The position numbers and the translations under genes were made by a program. DNA of 64,000 bases from Anaerolineales bacterium (GTDB lineage: Bacteria; Chloroflexota; Anaerolineae; Anaerolineales; DRMV01), in the NCBI GenBank assembly GCA_027023425.1, contig JALVVL010000017.1, forward strand, positions 12,942-76,941. The letters run 5' to 3'. The notes under the pieces were generated by a model. That model was not told where the DNA came from, made no database searches, and saw nothing but the letters and a program-made list of their open reading frames with translations. Position 1 is the first letter of the stretch. The number at the start of each line of letters is the position of its first letter. Positions 36,588 to 44,562 of this stretch are shown here, piece by piece.

Positions 36588-36681
36588 GGCTGCCCCCAGC
36601 GGAATCCTCCGAAAGTGTTCTTTGAGACGGGCTATGTAAAAATTATACCGCAAAAACGGCGCCCCATTGCGACTTTCAGAA

Positions 36682-36690
36682 TGTTATAAT
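36682..36690 (+). promoter_or_regulatory. extended -10 promoter element (TGtTATAAT) upstream of the methylase gene
   Basis: tgttataat lies 33 nt upstream of ATG 36723. A second TATAAT on the opposite strand (36642-36647) faces paralogue 2. Confidence 0.4.
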
Positions 36691-36722
36691 CATGCTATCT
36701 CACCTCACAAAAGGCGGTTTTC

Positions 36723-37649
36723 ATGCCCCAGAGTGCGCCTCCCTCTAAAGAACCATTGGCTCCATACCTTCCTGCCATCACCCAGAGGGTATTCTCACCC
36801 GTGTCACCGCCGTTGAAGTGGGCTGGGGGGAAAGCGGCTTTGCTCCCGCAAATGCGAAAGCACTTTCCCGAAGTTTTTGGGCGTTACCATGAGCCGTTTC
36901 TTGGAGGCGGGGCAGTATTTTTTTATTTATCCCCGCAACGCGGCGCTAAGGCTTTTCTCTCTGACCTCAACGAAGAACTCATCAATTTTTACCTTGTGCT
37001 TCGTGAGCAGGTGGATGATTTACTCAAGGAAGTGCGGGCATTGCACGAAACTTACCTCCGGCTTGGCGAAACAGAACGCGAGAAATTGTATTATGAATGG
37101 CGCAACGCCGACCGCACTCCGGAATTCAAAAAATGGTCTCCCTTGCGGCGGGCAGTTAGGTTTTATTTCCTCAACAAAACCGCCTTCAACGGTCTTTATC
37201 GTATCAACCGACAAGGCTTGTTCAATGTACCGTGGGGTGGATACAAACGCCCCGCGCTTTACCGCCCACAATTGTTGCGCGATGCCGCGGCTGTTTTGCG
37301 AAAGTTTGCCGTTTTTCTAAAAGCCACATCGTTTGAAATTGTGTTGGACAACGCCCAAAGCGGCGATTTTGTCTATTTTGACCCTCCCTATGCGCCTGTA
37401 TCAGCGACGGCATCCTTCACCACCTACACTTCAGGCGGTTTTGGAGAGGCAGAACAACGGCATCTGGCGAGCGTATGCCACGAGTTAGACCGCCGCGGCG
37501 TCATGTTTTTGCTTTCCAACAGCGATTTGCCGTGGGTGCGAGCGCTCTACACGGGCTTTGCTGTATTCACCGTGCAGGCTCGCCGCAATATCAACAGCAA
37601 AGGCGACAAACGGGGCCCGGTCAATGAAATTCTCGTGCGCAATTACTGA
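36723..37649 (+). CDS. Dam-family (alpha-class, D12) N6-adenine DNA methyltransferase
   Basis: N-terminal LKWAGGKAALLPQM, motif I EPFLGGGAVFF, and catalytic DPPY (37380-37391). Confidence 0.85.
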   Translation: MPQSAPPSKEPLAPYLPAITQRVFSPVSPPLKWAGGKAALLPQMRKHFPEVFGRYHEPFLGGGAVFFYLSPQRGAKAFLSDLNEELINFYLVLREQVDDLLKEVRALHETYLRLGETEREKLYYEWRNADRTPEFKKWSPLRRAVRFYFLNKTAFNGLYRINRQGLFNVPWGGYKRPALYRPQLLRDAAAVLRKFAVFLKATSFEIVLDNAQSGDFVYFDPPYAPVSATASFTTYTSGGFGEAEQRHLASVCHELDRRGVMFLLSNSDLPWVRALYTGFAVFTVQARRNINSKGDKRGPVNEILVRNY

Positions 37650-37664
37650 AACAGGAGCATCGCA

Positions 37665-38996
37665 ATGACCCAACGCGACAAAGCATGGGAAGCCATTTTT
37701 GAGGGGGAGCACATTCCACAAACGCTGGAGAAGCAAGGCTGGGCAACGATCACGACAGAGGTCATCCGCAAAAAGTATCACAAAGAACCACGGCTTTTAG
37801 CAAAAACCGATGCCTATGAGGCGCTTCCCGAAGTGTTCCGCAAAAACGACGCGGCGCTGCTTTCGCTGACTAATGAAGAGTATGCCATCCTCCGCTTAGG
37901 GAACAAAGGCAAACCTCTTTTTCCGAAACTGCCGCCTGTGATTGGCAGGCCGACGCATATACTCATTGAAGATTGCGCTCGGCGTATCGTGACCCTGCCG
38001 TGGGAGGAACATTTCACCAGCGAGTCTCAAGCCATTGATGCCGCACTGGCGGCACACATTTTACAGAATTTTGTGGGCGACGAAAGACTTGTGCTCACTA
38101 TACGGGGGCGAAGGTGGTTTCAGAAATCCTTGCCTCTGCGTTTCTCACTCAAAGGCAGGGTGACCGAGTTTCCTTTGAAAGCGCGCGGTTTCCAAATAGA
38201 GGTGGACGGGGGCTATGAGTCTCCCCGCCATGTGTACCTTCTGGAAGCCAAAAACAAAGCCCACAAAACTTTCAACTTGCGACAGGTAATGTTTCCCTAC
38301 CTATTTTGGAAAGATTATCTACGCGGGCGAAATACCACTAAAACCGTCCGTCCCATTTACATGGTTTACACCGCGCACAATTATTTCCTCTACGAATTCA
38401 CCGTAGAAAAAGAAGATGTGCTCAACTCGCTTCATGTTGTGCGCGCAGGATGGTATGTGCTTGGTGCACCGCCGCTAACCTTAGCCTACATTAGAGAAAT
38501 AGTGCAAACTCACACACCGGCAGATGTTCGGAATGTTCCGTTTCCTCAGGCCGACTCGTTCCTGCGGCTGTATGATATTTTGGAGGAAGTCAAACGCAAA
38601 GGTGCGCTCACTGCAAACGAGATTGCCGAACACCAAGAGTTTACCCTGCGTCAGGGCAACTATTATGCCTCGGCAGCGCGATGGCTTGGCTGGCTGGGAA
38701 AACGGGGAAACGCTTTCGTAATCAGCAAGGATGGCAAGAGGCTTTTGGCCTCTGCCCTCAACGAAAGGCCAAGGCTGATTTTGCAACGGCTGGCACAGCG
38801 CCCGGTTTTCCACGAGGCGCTGCAGTGGTGGGCAACCACTGCCAAATTGCCCACAAAGGGGCAAATTGAACAATGGATTGTTCAAGCCATTGAGAGCAAA
38901 CAGATCAAAGCGCTATCCCAAAGCACCATTCCGCGTCGGGCGAGCACCGTCGCCGGATGGCTCCAAATCCTTGCCGCATGGGTGCGAACACCATGA
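37665..38996 (+). CDS. putative restriction endonuclease (PD-(D/E)xK core) with C-terminal helix-rich, wHTH-like region
   Basis: Motif FQIEVD(181)GGY...12 aa...LLE(194)AK(196) at 38205-38252. It starts 16 nt after the methylase stop with an acaggagc RBS. I recognise no family, so the call rests on the motif plus its position next to the methylase. Confidence 0.5.
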   Translation: MTQRDKAWEAIFEGEHIPQTLEKQGWATITTEVIRKKYHKEPRLLAKTDAYEALPEVFRKNDAALLSLTNEEYAILRLGNKGKPLFPKLPPVIGRPTHILIEDCARRIVTLPWEEHFTSESQAIDAALAAHILQNFVGDERLVLTIRGRRWFQKSLPLRFSLKGRVTEFPLKARGFQIEVDGGYESPRHVYLLEAKNKAHKTFNLRQVMFPYLFWKDYLRGRNTTKTVRPIYMVYTAHNYFLYEFTVEKEDVLNSLHVVRAGWYVLGAPPLTLAYIREIVQTHTPADVRNVPFPQADSFLRLYDILEEVKRKGALTANEIAEHQEFTLRQGNYYASAARWLGWLGKRGNAFVISKDGKRLLASALNERPRLILQRLAQRPVFHEALQWWATTAKLPTKGQIEQWIVQAIESKQIKALSQSTIPRRASTVAGWLQILAAWVRTP

Positions 38997-40684
38997 AAAC
39001 CCACTGGCACATCGCCCCTCCGCCCCCGCCGGAGGCCGAAGAAGCCCTGCGCCGCTTTCCGCCCATTTTGCGGCAGGTGCTCTATCAGCGCGGCTTCCGC
39101 ACTTACGACGACGCGCGCGCTTTCCTGGAAGCCCGCCCTCCCGAAGGCACGCAAGACCCCTTCACCATCCGCGACATGGACGCCACCGTAGACCGCCTCG
39201 CGGCCGCGGTGCAGCGCGGCGAGCCCATCGCGGTTTACGGCGACTACGACGTGGATGGCGTCACCGCCACTGCCCTGCTCACCCAGGCCCTGCGCCGCCT
39301 GGGCGCAACCGTCCGCCCCTACATCCCCAACCGCTTTGATGAAGGCTATGGGCTGAACTTCGGGGCATTGGACACCCTGCACGCGGAGGGCGTGCAGGTG
39401 GTGGTCACGGTAGATTGCGGCATCCGCTCGGTGGCCGAAGCCGAACACGCCCGCGACCTTGGCCTTGACCTCATCGTCAGCGACCACCACATCCCCGGCG
39501 AGGAACTGCCGCCCGCCCTCGCGGTGGTCAACCCCAAACGCAGCGACGACACCTACCCCGAAAAATATCTCGCGGGCGTGGGGCTGGCCTACAAAATCGC
39601 GCAGGCCCTCTACCTGCGCCTGCGCCCGCAAGAAGCCGAGACCGTGCGCGACGCGCTGGATTTGGTCGCCTTGGGCAGCGTGGCCGACCTCGCGCCCCTG
39701 CAAGGCGAAAATCGCACCCTCGTGCGCGAAGGCCTGCACCGGCTGCGCAGCCCCCGCCGTCAGGGGCTGTTTTCCCTCATTCAGGTTTCGGGGCTGAAGC
39801 CCGAGCGCCTCACCGCCACCCACATCGGCTTCATGCTCGGGCCGCGCCTCAACGCCGCCGGACGCCTTGAATCGGCCCTCGCCGCGCTGGAACTGCTGCT
39901 CACCGACGATTACATGGAAGCCGGACGCCTCGCCATGCAACTGGATGCCCAAAACCGCGAACGCCAGCGCCAGACCCGCGAAGTGCAGGAAAAGGCCGAG
40001 GAACTCGCCATCCGTGACGGCGAGGTGCCCCTGCTGCTCTTTGCCGCGCACCCCGACTTCAACCCGGGCGTGGTCGGGCTGGCGGCTTCCCGCCTGGTGG
40101 AACGCTACTACCGCCCGGCCATGGTGGGGCAGCGCGGCGAAGAATTTACCCGCGCCTCGTGCCGCAGCATCCCCGAATTCCACATCACCCGCGCCTTGGA
40201 AGCCTGCGGCCACCTGCTGGAGCACTATGGCGGCCACGCGGCCGCGGCGGGCTTCACCGTGCGCAACGACCACCTGCCCGCGCTGCTGGAATGCCTGCAC
40301 GCGCAGGCCGAAGCCGCGCTCGGCGGGCTGGATTTGCGCCCCACCCTGCGCGCCGACGCGGAAGTGCGCCTGCGCGACCTGAACGCGCAGGTGCTCGCCG
40401 ATTTCCGCTGGCTGGAACCCACGGGCTACGGCAACCCGCGGCCGCGCTTCGTGGCGCGCGGGGTGAAAGTGCTCAGCAGCCGCACCGTGGGCAGAGAAGG
40501 CCAGCACCTCAAACTGATTCTGGAAGACGGCGGCACCCGCCACGAGGCCATCGCCTTCCGGCAGGGCGAGTGGGCGGAAAAGATGCCGCCCGCGGTGGAT
40601 ATTTTGTTCACCTACGAGTGGAACGAATACAACGGCCAGCGCCGCCCCCAGTTGAACATCAAAGATCTGCGCCCGAGCGAGTGA
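38993..40684 (+). CDS. recJ: single-stranded-DNA-specific exonuclease RecJ
   Basis: DHH motifs VYGDYDVDGVTA, VVTVDCG and IVSDHH. DHHA1 motif GGHAAAAGF. ATG 38993 overlaps the preceding stop as ATGA. Confidence 0.9.
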   Translation: MKTHWHIAPPPPPEAEEALRRFPPILRQVLYQRGFRTYDDARAFLEARPPEGTQDPFTIRDMDATVDRLAAAVQRGEPIAVYGDYDVDGVTATALLTQALRRLGATVRPYIPNRFDEGYGLNFGALDTLHAEGVQVVVTVDCGIRSVAEAEHARDLGLDLIVSDHHIPGEELPPALAVVNPKRSDDTYPEKYLAGVGLAYKIAQALYLRLRPQEAETVRDALDLVALGSVADLAPLQGENRTLVREGLHRLRSPRRQGLFSLIQVSGLKPERLTATHIGFMLGPRLNAAGRLESALAALELLLTDDYMEAGRLAMQLDAQNRERQRQTREVQEKAEELAIRDGEVPLLLFAAHPDFNPGVVGLAASRLVERYYRPAMVGQRGEEFTRASCRSIPEFHITRALEACGHLLEHYGGHAAAAGFTVRNDHLPALLECLHAQAEAALGGLDLRPTLRADAEVRLRDLNAQVLADFRWLEPTGYGNPRPRFVARGVKVLSSRTVGREGQHLKLILEDGGTRHEAIAFRQGEWAEKMPPAVDILFTYEWNEYNGQRRPQLNIKDLRPSE

Positions 40685-40705
40685 CGCAAAAGCATACGAA
40701 GGCAC

Positions 40706-41410
40706 TCAGTCCACAAACCGATACTTCAGCAACGTCCAAAGCGCAATCAGGCCATCTTTGGCCTTGATTTTTTTGCCTTCGCTGTAATCGCGAGGGTTGA
40801 ATGCAATGGGGACTTCAAAAATGCGGTAATGCCGTTTGAGCACCTTGGCGGTAAACTCCGGCTCAAAATCAAACCCGCGGGCGCGCAAAGGCATGTTTTC
40901 TACCACTTCGCGCTTGAAAACTTTGTAGCCCGTTTCCATATCGGAAAGGATGGTGTTGTAGAGCAGGTTGGTGATGAAAGTGAGGATTTTATTCGCCACC
41001 ATGTTCCAGAAAAGGATTGGGCGGCGCGGCGCACCGAGGAAGCGCGAGCCGTAAACCACATCTGCCATTCCCTCATAAATCGGTTGCAACAAAGTGGGGT
41101 AATGGCGCGGGTCGTATTCAAGGTCGGCGTCTTGGATGATGATGATGTCGCCGGTTGCGTGCTGAAACGCCGTCCGCAAGGCCGCGCCTTTCCCCATATT
41201 TTTCTCGTGGAAAAAGACCTTCACCTGAGGATAACGGCGCTGTAGATCCTCCAAAATAGCGCGCGTGCCATCCTGCGAGCCATCATCAACCACAATAACC
41301 TCAGACGGAATGCCCGTTGCCAGCACGCGGTTCACCGTTTCGGCAACGGTTTTTTCTTCGTTGTACACGGGTATCACAACGCTGATGCTGTAGTCGGGTT
41401 TGGCTTCCAT
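40706..41410 (-). CDS. family-2 glycosyltransferase (polyprenol-phosphate sugar synthase-like)
   Basis: Motifs SVVIPVYNEE, VDDGSQDGT and QDADLEYDP. ATG 41410 has an aaggtgga RBS. The track start is 41467. Confidence 0.8.
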   Translation of the reverse strand: MEAKPDYSISVVIPVYNEEKTVAETVNRVLATGIPSEVIVVDDGSQDGTRAILEDLQRRYPQVKVFFHEKNMGKGAALRTAFQHATGDIIIIQDADLEYDPRHYPTLLQPIYEGMADVVYGSRFLGAPRRPILFWNMVANKILTFITNLLYNTILSDMETGYKVFKREVVENMPLRARGFDFEPEFTAKVLKRHYRIFEVPIAFNPRDYSEGKKIKAKDGLIALWTLLKYRFVD

Positions 41411-41530
41411 GCTCCACCTTGTAGAATGGAATGCCGCAACTATAACGGCAAGCAAGGATGGCGTCAAGGCAATTTGCGAGCAAATCCAGGGAAAGGCCGA
41501 CTATCCGCCCAAGAGCGGTAAAATAGAGGC

Positions 41531-42451
41531 ATGGACGAGATACGAGTTGTTTTCATGGGTTCACCCGAATTTGCCGTGCCCGTGCTGCGGGCGCTGGCGA
41601 AGGAATACAATGTGGTGGGCGTGGTTACGCAGCCCGACAAGGCCGCGGGGCGCGGCCGCAACTTGAAAGCGCCGCCGGTCAAACAAGCGGCGTTGGAACT
41701 TGGCTTGCCGGTTATGCAACCGCGCCGCCTCCGCAAGCCCGAAGCGTTTGCCCAACTCGCTGAGTGGAAACCCGATCTAATCGTGGTCACCGCTTATGGG
41801 CAAATTCTCCGCCCGAATGTGCTGGAACTGCCGCATTACGGCTGCGTGAACGTGCACGCGTCGTTGTTGCCGCGCTGGCGCGGCGCATCCCCAATCCAGC
41901 ACGCTATCCTCAACGGCGACTCCGAAACCGGCATCACCATCATGCTCATGGATGAAGGGATGGACACCGGGCCAATCCTCAGCCAGCGCGCCATCCCCAT
42001 CCTGCCGGATGAAACCGCGGGCGAACTGAGCAAGCGCCTTTCCGAACTCGGCGCGCAACTGCTGCTGGAGACTTTGCCCAAGTACCTCAGCGGCGAAATC
42101 ACACCCCAACCGCAGGACGATTCGCAAGCCACCTACGCGCCGCTGCTCAAGAAAGAGGATGGACGGCTTGATTTCACCCGTCCAGCGGAGGAATTGGCGC
42201 GGCAAGTGCGCGCCTTCAACCCTTGGCCTGCAGCGTTCACCGAATGGCGAGGACAGCCGTTCAAGATTTTGCGCGCCCACGCCGCCGACGGCGAAGCGCC
42301 CGCCGGCAAGCGCCTTGTTCACGAAAAGAAGCCTGCCTTCGGCACGGCTTCGGGCATCCTTGTGTTGGACGAGGTACAGCCAGCGGGCAAAAAGCCAATG
42401 GCAGGCGAGGTGTTTTTGCGAGGCGCGCGCGGCTGGGCTGAGGCTGAATAA
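41531..42451 (+). CDS. fmt: methionyl-tRNA formyltransferase
   Basis: N-terminus RVVFMGSPEFAVP, motif NVHASLLPRWRGASPIQ, and a C-terminal OB-like domain. Confidence 0.92.
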   Translation: MDEIRVVFMGSPEFAVPVLRALAKEYNVVGVVTQPDKAAGRGRNLKAPPVKQAALELGLPVMQPRRLRKPEAFAQLAEWKPDLIVVTAYGQILRPNVLELPHYGCVNVHASLLPRWRGASPIQHAILNGDSETGITIMLMDEGMDTGPILSQRAIPILPDETAGELSKRLSELGAQLLLETLPKYLSGEITPQPQDDSQATYAPLLKKEDGRLDFTRPAEELARQVRAFNPWPAAFTEWRGQPFKILRAHAADGEAPAGKRLVHEKKPAFGTASGILVLDEVQPAGKKPMAGEVFLRGARGWAEAE

Positions 42452-42521
42452 CTCACGTTACGCAGCGGTGATTGACAGGTAACAATTTCACCCTATGAAA
42501 CCGTTGAACTTCCGGCTTTTT

Positions 42522-42625
42522 CGCCCTCACCACTCCCCCAAAGCCTTGCTTCGCGGCGGCTCAGCCCCCTCTCCTCTCCCAGTGGGAGAGGAGAGGGGGC
42601 GCGCAGCGGGGGCAAGGTGAGGGCG
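42522..42625. repeat. family-D 104-bp palindromic repeat, second copy
   Basis: Differs from 9091-9194 at only a few positions. Confidence 0.8.
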
Positions 42626-42686
42626 CTTAGATATTTAGATATGTGGATGCTCAATTGCGTAACATGAGTAAATAAGGCAGGCACAC

Positions 42687-43580
42687 ATGCGCATTTTGGT
42701 AATCGGGCGCGGGTTTGTGGCGCAGTCGGTCATCCGTCATTTGACGGAAGCAGGGCACGCGGTGCGGGTGCTTGTGCCCGCTGGTGAAGCGGCGGGCATA
42801 ATCCCCACAGGCGTAAGCGTGGATGCGGTAGTTGCTTCGGCGCACGACGTGCGCGGCATCCGCGCTGCGCTGGTGGGCATAGACGCGGCGATCTTCATCC
42901 CCGGCCCTGTCGTGCCGCCCGCCGATGCCGACCTGCTCAAGCCAATCCAAGCCGCCCGCGCGCTGGCTGAAGCCGCGGCGGATGCCGAACTGCCCCACAT
43001 TTTGCACCTCAGCACGCTCGGCGCAGAGCCCGGTTCGGCTTACCCATTTGCCAAAACCGCCGGTGTTGCCGAGGTAACCCTGAAGCGTAGCGGTGTGCCG
43101 CTCACCATCCTCCGCACGGGCATACCATTCGGCAAAAATGACAATTTCACCACCGCCATCGCCCGCTTGCTATCGGCAACGCCGATTTTGCCGCTTCCCA
43201 AGGGCGGCGCTACCACCCTGCACCCCATTTGGGTAGAAGACCTCGCCGCGGCAATGGCGCTCAGCGTTGAAACTCCGCCTCTCACAGGGCAAAAAACGCT
43301 GGAAATCGGCGGAGCGGAGCACCTCACGCTCCGCGAAATTGTGGAAACGGTAGCTGCCGCGGCCGGTAAGAAACGCCCAATCCTGAATGTGTCGTTTGTG
43401 ACGGCGCGCAGGCTTACCAACGCGGCGCTTCGCTTTCGCCCCGACTTGCCGCTTTCGCCCCATTGGCTTGATTACCTCGCCGCCGACCGCACCGCGCCGG
43501 TGGATACTTTGCCGCGCGAGTTTGGGTTGCTCCCCGAGCGGTTGGGCGGTAAGGTAAAAGCGTGGATAACAAGGTCGTAG
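42687..43580 (+). CDS. NAD(P)H-binding atypical SDR (NmrA/NDUFA9-like)
   Basis: N-terminal Rossmann motif MRILVIGRGFVAQ. The 297-aa size and C-terminal part resemble complex-I NDUFA9-like proteins. Confidence 0.6.
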   Translation: MRILVIGRGFVAQSVIRHLTEAGHAVRVLVPAGEAAGIIPTGVSVDAVVASAHDVRGIRAALVGIDAAIFIPGPVVPPADADLLKPIQAARALAEAAADAELPHILHLSTLGAEPGSAYPFAKTAGVAEVTLKRSGVPLTILRTGIPFGKNDNFTTAIARLLSATPILPLPKGGATTLHPIWVEDLAAAMALSVETPPLTGQKTLEIGGAEHLTLREIVETVAAAAGKKRPILNVSFVTARRLTNAALRFRPDLPLSPHWLDYLAADRTAPVDTLPREFGLLPERLGGKVKAWITRS

Positions 43581-43642
43581 GGGCGTGAGGCCGTTGGGTC
43601 GTAGGGGCGTGAGGTCGTTGAGTCGTTGAGTCGTTGGGTCGT
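43573..43642. repeat. short-period tandem repeat (ggtcgtaggggcgtgaggYcgtt x2, then gagtcgtt units)
   Basis: The TAG stop of the preceding gene lies inside the first unit. It is related to 26113-26150. Confidence 0.65.
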
Positions 43643-43659
43643 ATTTACGGGATACAAAA

Positions 43660-44562
43660 ATGCGCAAAATAACACTCCACGGCACCACTTTTGAGATCCG
43701 CTTCATAGACACCCCGCAGGAAATGCGGCTGGTGGAAGACTTGCAAGACGTGGTGTGGCCCGGCAGCGAGCGCGACATCGTGCCTGACCACATCCTCCTG
43801 CCAATCGCCCGCAGCGGCGGGGTTGTCCTCGGCGCTTTTCCGCTGGAGGAGCACCCCAAAGCCCCGCTCGCGGGGTTCGTGTACGGCTTCCCGTGCATGG
43901 AGCAAGAGGATGGAGAATGGCATTTCCAGCACTGCTCGCACCAAATGGGCGTGCATCCGGCGTATCGCGGCTTGGGGTTGAGTTACTGGCTAAAGCGCGC
44001 CCAGTGGCAATGGGTTCGGCATCAGGGGCTTGACCGGATCGTGTGGACTTACGACCCATTGCTCAGCCGCAATGCCCACCTCAACATCCGCAAACTCGGC
44101 GGGATCTGCCGCACTTATTACCGTGAATACTACGGCCCAATGCGGGATGGGCTAAACGCGGGTCTGCCCTCCGACCGATTTGTGCTGGAACTTTGGGTGA
44201 ACAGCAACCGCACGTTGAGCCGAATGCGCGATGAGCCGCCACAGGCGCTGGATTTGGCGCACTACATGAGCGCGGGCGCAATCATCCTAAACCCAAGCGG
44301 CTTGCGCGCCGATGGCGTGGTTGAGCCGCCTGCCACATGGCGCGAGCCAGAGGGCGACTTGGCGCTGGTGGAAATTCCGGTGGATTTTCTGGCGCTAAAA
44401 GCGGCGGACATGGAAACGGCGCGGCGCTGGCGTTTCCAAACGCGCGAAATTTTTGAAACGCTGTTCGCGCGCGGCTACATCGTCACCGATTTCGTGCATT
44501 TGCCCGGCAAGCACGGGCGCAGTTTCTACGTGCTTTCCCACGGGGAGGCAACCTTAGGATGA
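43660..44562 (+). CDS. GNAT-superfamily acyltransferase (COG3375-like)
   Basis: 300 aa. The segment HQMGVHPAYRGLGLSYWLKRAQWQW is consistent with the GNAT acyl-CoA-binding beta-alpha motif. Family assignment is from memory. Confidence 0.5.
   Translation: MRKITLHGTTFEIRFIDTPQEMRLVEDLQDVVWPGSERDIVPDHILLPIARSGGVVLGAFPLEEHPKAPLAGFVYGFPCMEQEDGEWHFQHCSHQMGVHPAYRGLGLSYWLKRAQWQWVRHQGLDRIVWTYDPLLSRNAHLNIRKLGGICRTYYREYYGPMRDGLNAGLPSDRFVLELWVNSNRTLSRMRDEPPQALDLAHYMSAGAIILNPSGLRADGVVEPPATWREPEGDLALVEIPVDFLALKAADMETARRWRFQTREIFETLFARGYIVTDFVHLPGKHGRSFYVLSHGEATLG

Noticed and set aside
30537-36653. Diverged central region of the paralogues considered as a diversity-generating retroelement target/template pair
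   Set aside because: No reverse transcriptase is nearby. The differences include indels and changes at all four bases rather than adenine-specific substitutions. The diverged stretch is ~1 kb, not a short VR.
36588-38996. Methylase/nuclease cassette considered as part of a prophage or integrative element
   Set aside because: I could see no integrase, transposase, phage structural genes, tRNA target or flanking direct repeats. Only the compositional shift supports horizontal origin.
38882-40705. 607-aa minus-strand ORF
   Set aside because: It is antisense to recJ, which has unambiguous DHH/DHHA1 motifs. The translation is a low-complexity G/A/R/V-rich shadow typical of very GC-rich DNA.
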